DNA of 64,000 nucleotides from Macrostomum lignano (lineage: Eukaryota), in contig NIVC01000592.1 of NCBI GenBank assembly GCA_002269645.1, forward strand, positions 186,001-250,000, given 5' to 3'. The notes beneath the pieces are model-generated. The model did no database searches, had not been told where the DNA came from, and was given only the letters and a program-made list of their open reading frames with translations. Positions 12,669 to 37,006 of this stretch are shown in pieces. The stretch's first letter is position 1, and the number at the start of each line of letters is the position of its first letter. A program made the translations under genes and the position numbers.

Positions 12669-13334
12669 CTCATCGCCGATGCCAAAGCTCATAGGGAATC
12701 GCTCATGGAGCATTACATGTAGACAAATGTTTTGCATCATACCACACGACTGGCCATTGTGTCTCATGTTCCGTACCAGATGAAAACACATGGAAAGCGA
12801 AAAAGCTTTTGAATAGGCTAACATAAGGCAGGCTAAGGACCCGAGGTCAGCGTCTGTTCTCGAATATGCGGCTTCCTACCAGCCAGCACTTCACTAACAG
12901 TCAAACAGCATTCTGAAAAAACAGGCGGGTGAAAACTCTGTTCTGTCGAATAGGTAACCAGCACCCAGAGATAAGTTTGAACTTCATTTCTCCAAGCTTG
13001 AAACAACCGGTGCAAAAGAAAACAAGAGATAGAAAAACATTATTGAAAGTCAAATAAACAAAAAAAGTGAAAAGCAGCACAAAGTGGTTGCGGGCACAGC
13101 ATAAACAGTTCTGTCCCTGGCTGCCCCAGTGCAGTGCTAAACGGCCTGCCTGCGGCATGAGACACCCCAGTGCGACCACAGGTGTTTATTTGTTCAAAGC
13201 GTTGCGGCTCGGGTTAAAGGCTCAGGTGGAATCAAGGTGACAAGCAAGCTGAGTTCAGCCTAGGACAGACTCACACAGCATCGCACAGCCTCATACGGCA
13301 TCAATCAGTTTCATTTCACAGTCTCAGTCTCGTT

Positions 13335-13820
13335 TAATCTCAGTACACAGCTCTGCATCTCAGTACACAGCACTGCATCTCAGTACACAGCACTGCATCT
13401 CAGTACACAGCACTGCATCTCAATACACAGCACTGCATCTCAGTACCAAGCACACTGCATCTCAATACACAGCACTGCATCTCAGTACACAGCACTGCAT
13501 CTCAATACACAGCACTGCATCTCAATACACAGCACTGCATCTCAATACACAGCACTGCATCTCAGTACACAGCACTGCATCTCAGTACACAGCACTGCAT
13601 CTCAGTACACAGCACTGCATCTCAGTACACAGCACTGCATCTCAGTACACAGCACTGCATCTCAGTACACAGCACTGCATCTCAGTACACAGCACTGCAT
13701 CTCAATACACAGCACTGCATCTCAATACACAGCACTGCATCTCAGTACACAGCACTGCATCTCAGTACACAGCACTGCATCTCAGTACACAGCACTGCAT
13801 CTCAGTACACAGCACTGCAT
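13335..13820 (-). repeat. Same 20-bp minisatellite, inverted, right arm
   Basis: (CTCAGTACACAGCACTGCAT)n, ~24 units. Confidence 0.97.
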
Positions 13821-15067
13821 CCTTGATGCAGGTCAGCCCCCATGTCAGACATCACGCACCGCTCCAGTTTTCGGTTCGTGTAATTCGCGAAGCACTTGAC
13901 GAATAATCGAATTCTGCAAAAGTCATGCACAGAACCCATTCCAGACCCCCAGGCTCCTCCCCTGTTCCCCGCCTCCACTTTGCTAGATGATGACAGGTGC
14001 AACAATGCGGCTTGTTCCCCAATTTCTTGTCGCATGTCCCGTCTTTTGCTTTTTCGAGCCGTCCATAAAGTGACACGAGGGGCAAAAAAGCAAAGCAGAA
14101 GAAGAAGAAGAAAGCGCTGCCTCGAAGAAGAACTGTGGGAAATATATTGAGGCTGGGAGAAAATCGAAATTGTCAGGCCCGCCGCACAGACTCCGGGAAT
14201 TCTCCCCTTGTTCAACATCTTGCCTTGCGTGTTCCGCCCTCCCCCACCCTCCCTGCAGTTTTATTGACTCTGCGATCGTGTCAAGCAGCAGGGGGCAGCG
14301 GCCGCCCCCCCCTCACCGCCTGATGGAGCGGCCAGCGGAATATTCAGCCTCCGCCGCCTGCACCTGCCGCGCACACGGCGGCAATGGGGATATTTTGCTA
14401 AGACTTTCATTTGCACAGTCTGGGACAGCAGTAATTAGCGAACAGGGATCGCAATTGAAAATGTCCCCTTTGTCATCGGCCTGTGGGATCAGTGCGGTCT
14501 GGTGAACAAGTTTTCAGAAGTCTGCGATTTCCCACAGTGCATGAGCCGGGGCTCGAGCTCGGGGACTCGTGTGAGATTCGGGGAGGCTGAGGAGAAGGTA
14601 TAGGGATTCTGGGAACACACGACTGACAGGTGCGCTGGAGCGGGATGGAGCTGCATTTGGGGGGGGGCCGGGTTGTTCCAGCACGCAGTTCGTGCCCTTG
14701 TCGCGTTCAGTTTAAGCTGGTTGTTTGTTTCAACAATAATTGATCTGCTTTCAGTCGGCAGCAGTTTTTTACTAATTGGCTTTGAAAGGAATCATAAAAA
14801 TATTTGATCCAGACTGGCGCCCGCGCTTTTCAGTTCATCGCTGCCACGGCCCATTAAACAGCTAGCTTCTGAAGCCTCACGACATCGGTTCTGCTGACTC
14901 TACCAGAAAGCCAACTTTTATCGATTTCAACTCGTGCTTTTTACATCTTTCAAATGTGGGGCAATGCTACACAGACATTGTTTGTCTCAGATCTTTACAA
15001 AAAGTCAAATAAATTATCTATAAAACCGACCACGTTGACAAATCAATGCTTGGAATTTTCTTTCACT

Positions 15068-16080
15068 TCTGTCGCTTCCGCTGTCGCTTCCGCTGTCGCT
15101 TCCGCTGTCGCTTCCGCTGTCGCTTCCGCTGTCGCTTCCGATGTCGCTTCCGCTGTCGCTTCCGGTGTCGCTTCCGGTGTCGCTTCCGCTGTCGCTTCCG
15201 CTGTCGCTTCCGCTGTCGCTTCCGCTGTCGCTTCCGCTGTCGCTTCCGCTGTCGCTTCCGCTGTCGCTTCCGCTGTCGCTTCCGCTGTCGCTTCCGCTGT
15301 CGCTTCCGCTGTCGCTTCCGCTGTCGCTTCCGCTGTCGCTTCCGCTGTCGCTTCCGCTGTCGCTTCCGCTGTCGCTTCCGCTGTCGCTTCCGCTGTCGCT
15401 TCCGCTGTCGCTTCCGCTGTCGCTTCCGCTGTCGCTTCCGCTGTCGCTTCCGCTGTCGCTTCCGCTGTCGCTTCCGCTGTCGCTTCCGCTGTCGCTTCCG
15501 CTGTCGCTTCCGCTGTCGCTTCCGCTGTCGCTTCCGCTGTCGCTTCCGCTGTCGCTTCCGCTGTCGCTTCCGCTGTCGCTTCCGCTGTCGCTTCCGCTGT
15601 CGCTTCCGCTGTCGCTTCCGCTGTCGCTTCCGCTGTCGCTTCCGCTGTCGCTTCCGCTGTCGCTTCCGCTGTCGCTTCCGCTGTCGCTTCCGCTGTCGCT
15701 TCCGCTGTCGCTTCCGCTGTCGCTTCCGCTGTCGCTTCCGCTGTCGCTTCCGCTGTCGCTTCCGCTGTCGCTTCCGCTGTCGCTTCCGCTGTCGCTTCCG
15801 CTGTCGCTTCCGCTGTCGCTTCCGCTGTCGCTTCCGCTGTCGCTTCCGCTGTCGCTTCCGCTGTCGCTTCCGCTGTCGCTTCCGCTGTCGCTTCCGCTGT
15901 CGCTTCCGCTGTCGCTTCCGCTGTCGCTTCCGCTGTCGCTTCCGCTGTCGCTTCCGCTGTCGCTTCCGCTGTCGCTTCCGCTGTCGCTTCCGCTGTCGCT
16001 TCCGCTGTCGCTTCCGCTGTCGCTTCCGCTGTCGCTTCCGCTGTCGCTTCCGCTGTCGCTTCCGCTGTCGCTTCCGCTGT
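15068..16080. repeat. 12-bp satellite (GTCGCTTCCGCT)n
   Basis: ~84 almost invariant units. Confidence 0.98.
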
Positions 16081-16614
16081 TTACACCCTTTAGCACTAAA
16101 ACTATTTTAACCCAACCGAACATGCGCGATCTCCTACTAACAAGTAGAAAATGTGAGCTAGAATACTGTATGATGCAAATTAAAAAAAAGTGTGCAGAAT
16201 TTTCTGATCGATAGTCAGGCTGCATATTGGCGATATTTATCGCAATTATCAAAGCTGAGCGAGCTACAGACTTCGCCGCAGGTTTATTTGGCAGGTAGTG
16301 AGAAGCGGACAGAACAAGGATGGTGCTATCACTTGAAGCATCAGCAAATCAGGCAGACAAAGGGCCCTTTAGGAGCATTAATTCTGATTAAGCTATAGAA
16401 GCGAAAAAATTCTGTTTTACAATCAAATCGTTGGCAATTTCAAAGGCCCTGATTTGTTTGCTGTTCTAAACATTGAGAAAATATGCAGCAGAAACCATGG
16501 CAACGGAAACCCTCAGATCAGAGCCGCTCTTTGATGAGCCGCTCCAGCTACTCGGCTTAATCTGTCGTGAGAATCTCAGTAGCAAAAGGGCTGCAATGAG
16601 CTGGCAAACACTAA

Positions 16615-18645
16615 AATACCTCAATACTGCATCACTGCAACACTGCAACACCTCAATACTGCATCACTGCAACACTGCAACACCTCAATACTGCATCACT
16701 GCAACACTGCAACACCTCAATACTGCATCACTGCAACAGTGCAACACCTCAATACTGCATCACTGCAACACTGCAACACTGCAAGACTGCATCACTGCAA
16801 CACTGCAACACTGCAAGACTGCATCACTGCAACACTGCAACACTGCAAGACTGCATCACTGCAACACTGCAACACTGCAAGACTGCATCACTGCAACACT
16901 GCAACACTGCAAGACTGCATCACTGCAACACTGCAACACCTCAATACTGCAACACTGCAACACTGCAACACTGCAACACTGCATCACTGCATCACTGCAC
17001 CACTGCAACACTGCATCACTGCAACACTTCATCACTGCATCACTGCAACACTGCAACACTGCATCACTGCAACACTGCAACACTGCAACACTGCATCACT
17101 GCAACACTGCAACACTGCAACACTGCATCACTGCATCACTGCAACACTGCAACACTGCATCACTGCAACACTGCAACACTGCATCACTGCAACACTGCAA
17201 CACTGCAACACTGCATCACTGCAACACTGCAACACCTCAATACTGCAACACTGCAACACTGCAACACTGCAACACTGCAACACTGCAACACTGCAACACT
17301 GCAACACTGCAACACTGCAACACTGCAACACTGCATCACTGCAACACTGCAACACTGCATCACTGCAACACTGCAACACTGCATCACTGCAACACTGCAA
17401 CACCTCAATACTGCAACACTGCAACACTGCAACACTGCATCACTGCATCACTGCAACACTGCAACACTGCATCACTGCAACACTGCAACACTGCAACACT
17501 GCAACACTGCATCACTGCATCACTGAACCACTGCAACACTGCATCACTGCAACACTTCATCACTGCATCACTGCAATGCTTCATCACTGCAACACTGCAA
17601 CACTGCAACACTGCAACACTGCATCACTGCATCACTGCAACACTGCAACACTGCAACACTGCATCACTGCAACACTGCAACACTGCAACACTGCAACACT
17701 GCATCACTGCATCACTGCAACACAGCATTACTGCAACACTGCAACACAGCAATGCTTCATCACTGCAACACTGCAACACTGCAACACTGCAACACTGCAA
17801 CACTGCAACACTGCATCACTGCATCACTGCAACACTGCAACACTTCATCACTGCATCACTGCAACACTTCATCACTGCATCACTGCAACACTGCAAAACT
17901 GCAACACTGCAATGCTTCATCGCTGCATCACTGCAACACTGCAACACTGTATCACTGCAACACTGCAACACTGCATCACTGCAACACTGCAACACTGCAA
18001 CACTGCATCACTGCAACACTGCAACACCTCAATACTGCAACACTGCAACACTGCAACACTGCAACACTGCAACACTGCAACACTGCAACACTGCAACACT
18101 GCATCACTGCAACACTGCAACACTGCAACACTGCATCACTGCAACACTGCAACACTGCATCACTGCAACACTGCAACACCTCAATACTGCAACACTGCAA
18201 CACTGCAACACTGCATCACTGCATCACTGCAACACTGCAACACTGCATCACTGCAACACTGCAACACAGCAATGCTTCATCACTGCAACACTGCAACACT
18301 GCAACACTGCATCACTGCATCACTGCACCACTGCAACACTGCATCACTGCAACACTGCATCACTGCATCACTGCAACACTGCATCACTGCATCACTGCAA
18401 CACTGCAACACTGCAACACTGCAAGGCTTCATCACTGCAATACTGCAACACTGTATCACTACAATGCTTCATAACTGCATCACTGCATCACTGTATCACT
18501 GCAACACTTCATCACTGCAACACTGCAACACTGCAATGCTTCATAACTGCAACACAGCAACACTGCATCACTGCAGCACTGCAGCACTGCAGCACTGCAT
18601 CACTGTAACACTGCAATGCTCCAATACTTGAAGCACTGGAGCACT
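16615..18645. repeat. 8-bp-based array (ACTGCAAC/ACTGCATC mosaic)
   Basis: 2 kb of shuffled 8-mers. Confidence 0.97.
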
Positions 18646-18893
18646 GACACCTTGCACCACAGAAGAGTGCTAATACCGGATATTGAATACTGAACGTAAA
18701 ATTAATATTTTAATCTCTGCATTTTCAATTAAGTGGCACCATTGGCTGGGAATTCTGAACGGAACCAATTATAAATTGGGTGTTGCCGCTTCAGTCGAGC
18801 AGACTAAGGAATCGCTGCTGATTTGATTCCTAAAGTCAAAGCCTTGTTTGTCAGACCGAAGACTCCAAGCCTGCCACATTAACCCGCAGTTCA

Positions 18894-19803
18894 ATGAAGC
18901 TGTCAAGCCGTCAATTCTTGAAGCTGGCCGTGCCAGCCTGCGCTCTCCTTGTGCTGCTTCCGGCTGCCATCTCCGCCGGCCGGCAGGTAGTCAGCATGAA
19001 GTACCTGGGCTGCTACCTGGACTATGTTGGCGGCTTGCCGGAAATCAACGGCCTTGTTGGCCTCCACAAGATTGGCGACTACAGCAAAGGTGGTACAGGA
19101 CCTTTCTACGTGTCTGGCAGCATGACCTGGCAGCTGTGCTTGGACGTGTGCTCAACTGCCGGCTTCCCCTACATGGGGCTGCAGTCTGCCATCGGCTGCT
19201 ATTGCGGCAACCACTACGGGGCGTACGGTGAGGCTCCGGAGTCGCAGTGCAACCAGGAGTGCAAAGGCAACAGCTCGCAGGTGTGCGGCGCCGCCAGTCG
19301 CAACTCCGTCTTCGAACTGACCTACCAAGGTGAGCGCGTCATGCAGGTCGGTGATGCGGTCGTTTTTAGTTAGAGGCCGGGGGCTGTGTGCACGCCAGGG
19401 TACTTTAGGTGACATTGTTACACAACGGGCGAGAGGCATTACTGCCCATTCCGCCGACTCCCCTAAGAAGGCACACAAGCGCGCGGATAATTGCGTTTAA
19501 TGCATAATTTTTTTTTCAATTTTACTGCCTGATCCCGCCCACGTGATTTCAGAAAATGGGCTGCTCCGACTGCAGGCTGGCAAGCCGATTGTTGAGGCCG
19601 TGAGCTCGTACACCCAGCCGCTCTACTCACTTGCTGAAGCTTTTACTGTCCGCCAGTGCGCCAGCCTCTGCTCCATGGCTGACTGCCAGGGTGTGTTATT
19701 CAACCAGCAGGCCGCAGGCAGCAACCCCTGCTACCTGCTGAAGTTTCCGCTGGTCCCTACGAATCTGAGCAGCGTCGTGGGGGATTTCTACGCTCTGGTT
19801 TAG
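18894..19803 (+). CDS. Secreted WSC-domain protein with C-terminal PAN/apple-like Cys module, 2 exons, ~228 aa
   Basis: Exons 18894-19329 and 19553-19803 (phase 1). Signal peptide (LAVPACALLVLLPAAISA), then YLGCY..SMTWQLCLDVC..GFPYMGLQSAIGCYCGN..CNQECKGNSSQVCGAASRNSVF (WSC pattern). Exon 2 has CASLC..C.GVLF..CYL. Confidence 0.85.
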
Positions 19804-20114
19804 AAGCCTCTAGCTTAAGCATCTTGAGCGATTGAGCATCTGTGCAATCCCCCCCCCAGCCACGTTGTTGAGCGATGGAAATAGTCTGTCGCAGAAAAAA
19901 TGGTTGCATGGATTAATCAGTCAGCCTCACGAGTTCATGACCAATTCGAACTGCACTTGATGCTCAATAAAACAAAATCAATTGATGCGCGATTGTTGCA
20001 CTGCATGGCGTTTTACGAGCGTACGAGCGGTACTTAGGAGAAATACGAGAGAAGTCGCATTGAATTGAGGGTTTTATTGCCTTTTAATTTCTCATTATCT
20101 CAATAAGAGTGCGC

Positions 20115-20720
20115 GTACCTCACTGATGTATCTCACTGACATTTCTCCCTCACTGACGTATCTCACTGACGTATCTCACTGACGTATCTCACTGATGTAT
20201 CTCACTGATGTATCTCACTGACGTATCTCACTGACATATCTCCCTCACTGATGTATCTCACTGACATATCTCCCTCACTGATGTACCTCACTGACGTATC
20301 TCCCTCACTGACGTATCTCACTGATGTATCTCACTGACATATCTCCCTCACTGATGTACCCCACTGACGTATCTCCCTCACTGACGTATCTCACTGATGT
20401 ATCTCACTGACATATCTCCCTCACTGATGTACCCCACTGACGTATCTCCCTCACTGATGTACCTCACTGACGTATCTCCCTCACTGATGTACCTCACTGA
20501 CGTATCTCCCTCACTGATGTACCTCACTGACGTATCTCACTGACGTATCTCCCTCACTGACGTATCTCACTGACGTATCTCCCTCACTGATGTACCTCAC
20601 TGGCGTATCTCCCTCACTGACGTATCTCACTGACGCATCTAACTGATTATCTCTGACGCTTCTCAAATGACGCATGTCAATGACGCATCTCAATGACGTA
20701 TCTCAATGACGTATCACTGG
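20115..20720. repeat. 13/17-bp array (CTCACTGAYGTAT / CTCCCTCACTGAYGTA)
   Basis: Direct reading. Confidence 0.93.
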
Positions 20721-22408
20721 CATATGGTCTTAGAGCCTGCGCACGGAGGGCTGTTGACGGCGTCAGCATCCAGGGTCAGGGTCCTGTTGTTAGCTCTCTC
20801 TCGAGAGCTCAGTATCTACGATGCCCCAGCGGTGTCGGTGAGCCACAGGCAGCAATGCAGGGCAGGCAACGCCTTTCGGCTAGCAAGGTTTATGACATCC
20901 AGTTAAGGCATCCAGGTTTGCTTAAGGTGCGGGTAGCATCAGCTGCTCCTGACCTGGTGCGGAACCTGGACGGCGAGGACACGTCGGTACCGCGGAAATC
21001 CGCGGTAAGTACAGACAAGAGCTTGTCGTCTACTGTCTGCCAAGGACTTCTAGACTAGAAGTACTTGCTGTCTGCATGGTAAAAACGCGGTATTTTTCGT
21101 TGTTCTTTACAGCGAGTCATTAGCTTGTACTTGTAGCATTAAGCACAAGAGTTCAAAAGGAAAGCAATTTCTGATTTCTGTCTGACCTATGGACAGACAA
21201 AATGGTCCGTTCTACTTTAGTTAACTTTAGTTGGGAATCTACTTTACGTCGATACATGTACATGTAGCTGCAATTAACAAGACAACAAAGTACTACTATG
21301 CTAATGTGAATTGATGGCCCAATTTTTAAAATGCTACAACCATAGATAATGTAAGATTACTACTAGGCTTTCGAGTGACCCTAGGTTTACGAGTAAGCCT
21401 AGTAGTAGGCATATTGTCCCATGACTGAGCGTGCGTTGAAAAAATTCTTCGTCACAGCACTGTACTTTATTATCTGCACGCTTTTTGTTCCTGCAGCTAG
21501 GAGTTCCTAACATAGACATTTTCTTAGTGACCATAGACACGCTATTATCTGCACGCTTTTTTCATTATCTGCACGCTTTTTTCATTATCTGCACTCATGG
21601 GACAATAAAAACACTAGAGGGTCTGCACTCGCCTAATTTCATGTGAATAAGCTACTTATTGGGCGTCTGTATAGAGTTTTTTGGATATAAATGTTAATTC
21701 TATATTTTGATTATGATGTATTGTAGATTAAAAATTTATAACATTTCGGATCCTCATTTTTCCATTCATGCATGCAGTCGTAGAAATGATGCAGAGCAAG
21801 ACGCAGTTGGTTCTAGTGGAGCTGCGCTAGGTAAATCAACTGCCATTGAAGGAATCTGTGTACTTAATGTGTACTTAATACTTAATTTGTATTAAGTGAC
21901 CCATCTAGTGTTTTTAGTATCTGTGGCTACAACTAAGTTATCAGGAATACAAGTTTCCTTCTCAGGTCAACAACTAGTTAGATAAATTTACATAATACTT
22001 TGACGCAGATATTACAATCAATATCTTTAGATAGCAATTACATCTTAAAACTTTTATTTGTCCTGAAATTAAACTACTAAGCCTGAAACCATAATAGTGC
22101 TTTTGCTGCTGATGCTTCCTAACATTTGTTTAAAATAGTGAACTCGAAGTCTGTTGACGTTGAATGAATTCAAACGTAATATTTTATTGGAACTAAGTTG
22201 TTAATACATCTGATTCTGATGTGCTATGTGATATTCTTTATCTGAGTTTCACTTTAACCTTTTCAAACTGTTTTTTAAAAAAAGAGGTTCTGGTCATTTG
22301 ATCCTTGGTTTAAAAAATCGAGAATTAGTTTAAAAATAAATGAAAAAGCTAGCTACAATACTAGATACTTATTATTGAAAAATTACTTCAAATAGCCCGA
22401 CAGGGTCA

Positions 22409-34695
<12,287 letters not shown>

Positions 34696-34699
34696 AAAC

Positions 34700-35105
34700 C
34701 GATTTGAAAACTCGCTGGTTGCCTACCGTTAGTAGAGTAAAGAGGACACAGAATTATTTAATTTGAGAACTCGCTTGCTGCCTACTGTTAGTAGAGTGAT
34801 GAAGAGGACATGGAATTATTTAACTTGAAAACTCGCTGGTTGCCTACTGTTAGTAGAGTGATGAAGAGGACATGGAATTATTTAATTTAAAAACTCGCTG
34901 GTTGCCTACTGTTAGTAGAGTGATAAAGAGGACATGGAATTATTTAATTTAAAAACTCGCTGGTTGCCTATTGATAGTAGAGTGAGGAGGATGCGGAATT
35001 ATTTTATTTAAAAACTCACTGGTTGCCTACTGATAGTAGGGTGAAGAGGATGCGGAATTATTTAATTTAAAGACTCACGGGTTGCCTACTGATAGTAGGG
35101 TAAAA
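34700..35105. repeat. ~60-bp array x7 starting just after the NHE stop codon
   Basis: AAAACTCGCTGGTTGCCTACTGTTAGTAGAGTGATGAAGAGGACATGGAATTATTTAATTT. Confidence 0.93.
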
Positions 35106-35564
35106 AAGAGTTTTCACATCTTTTAAAAATTACGTTTTTTGATTCAATTTTTTTGCTTTCAGCTTTCGAGTGTATTCAGTATATATACATATATTAAATA
35201 TTAATATGATTATGACATTCTTCACTTGCCAATCATTTGCTCGAATGCTTAATTACGATTCAATGAGCAATGAGCCGGCTCTACTAAATTTGTCTGGTAA
35301 TTTTTTTCCTTTGCTCTTTTTGCAAGCAAATTTCTTCCCTATTGCAGTTTTTTACGTTTAATTTCTTTGCCTTTCGACTTTGGAATCTGTTTACTCTGAT
35401 AGGCTAAATCAGCGCTGTACATGTTGGACTGCCCGCTCTCACTAATCTAGTCTGTGCTGATTCATACCAACCTTTCTCATTAAATCTCCAACCGCATCTC
35501 ATGCTGTCCACTGGCGCGATTTTGTTTCTGATAGCTGTGGGCGTAATCTATTGTTATGCTTGTA

Positions 35565-36092
<528 letters not shown>

Positions 36093-36754
36093 AGCTAGCA
36101 AGTCTCTGCTAGCAAGTCTTCAGTCGGCATTATGGAAGCAGTTTGCCGGCTTACTCAAACTTGGACTCGCAGTTACACAGATCTTATCGCTTCCTTGTAT
36201 TTTGAGTTTTTGGCCAGTCCATCACTGCGTAAGCCTTCATTGCTCAGCTCAGTATAATTAATTCTCTTCTATCTATTTATATTCGAAGTATATTTTTATC
36301 CCGAGTTTTCATTTATTCGAACTGGTTTATCGCAGCTTATATCTGTCCGAATAGTTGATTGATAGAAATTGAAAAATTTCAATAATAATAATAATAATAA
36401 TGACACCGAACTTCGGTTTGTCCTGTTAACCGATATTATACGGGACGGGAAATTGTTAGTTATCGATTATTAGAGCTGGATCGCTGACTTTATTGCTTAA
36501 TTTTCTGTTTTTAATAAGAACCAGACTAATGTTTTTAGTTAGCTCATGTTGAGTAGGTTTTGGTTGTCAAGATAGCAAACTGCTGTAATTGAATAAGTAG
36601 AGACTTGTAACTTAGTCTTCGGAACTTCCGATAGTGCATTTGTACTTTACAAAGTTAACCTGCACGAAAATTACTAATAGATGTTTGAACTTTTTATAAG
36701 ATAATTTTTGCATTAAAAATGTTTTCTATCGTAAGATTTTTCCACTACGAGAGT

Positions 36755-36890
36755 ACTTCTTAAGGGCGCGAGTACTTTCTAAGTACGCGAGTACTTTTTA
36801 AGTGCGCGCCTACTTTCAAGTGCGCGAGTACTTTTTAAGTGCGCGCATACTTTTAAGTGTGCGAGTACTTTTTAAGTACGCGAATACTTT
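36755..36890. repeat. ~19-bp array (GCGCGAGTACTTTTTAAGT)n upstream of the periphilin-like gene
   Basis: ~7 units. Confidence 0.85.
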
Positions 36891-37006
36891 TGTTTAATGC
36901 ACACAAACTTAAGAGAAGCAGCTTATAATAACGGTATCAGTGTACTTTTATTGATTGCTGCAAACCACCCCATGCCCGTGCCAGAGGCAGCCAGCAGCCA
37001 TTGGCC

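Larger units (their letters stand above)
8834..14655. mobile_element. Large inverted duplication, foldback-like: arms 8834-10639 and 13102-14655, 2.46 kb spacer
   Basis: The arms are reverse complements (the same ORFs appear on opposite strands in the track), and each carries a 20-bp array of different copy number. No TSD or transposase was seen, so mobility is inferred only. Confidence 0.6.

Noticed and set aside
14954-16252. 350-410 aa ORFs (SAVA, RCRF, SLPL, SGSD repeats)
   Set aside because: The 12-bp unit lacks stops in most frames; not a gene.
16473-18631. 711-aa and 630-aa Cys/His/Thr-rich ORFs
   Set aside because: They are translations of an 8-bp-based array open in several frames, with no splice or homology support.
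20720-21060. Possible decayed LINE reverse-transcriptase C-terminus (RQRL.LA..QLLLTW..RTRRY)
   Set aside because: Needs frameshifts and rests on vague similarity; requires a profile search.
21778-21830. Possible extra upstream NHE exon (AG..GT, phase-compatible with 22404)
   Set aside because: No start codon or further upstream exon found, and no homology; an outron explains the 22403 acceptor equally well.
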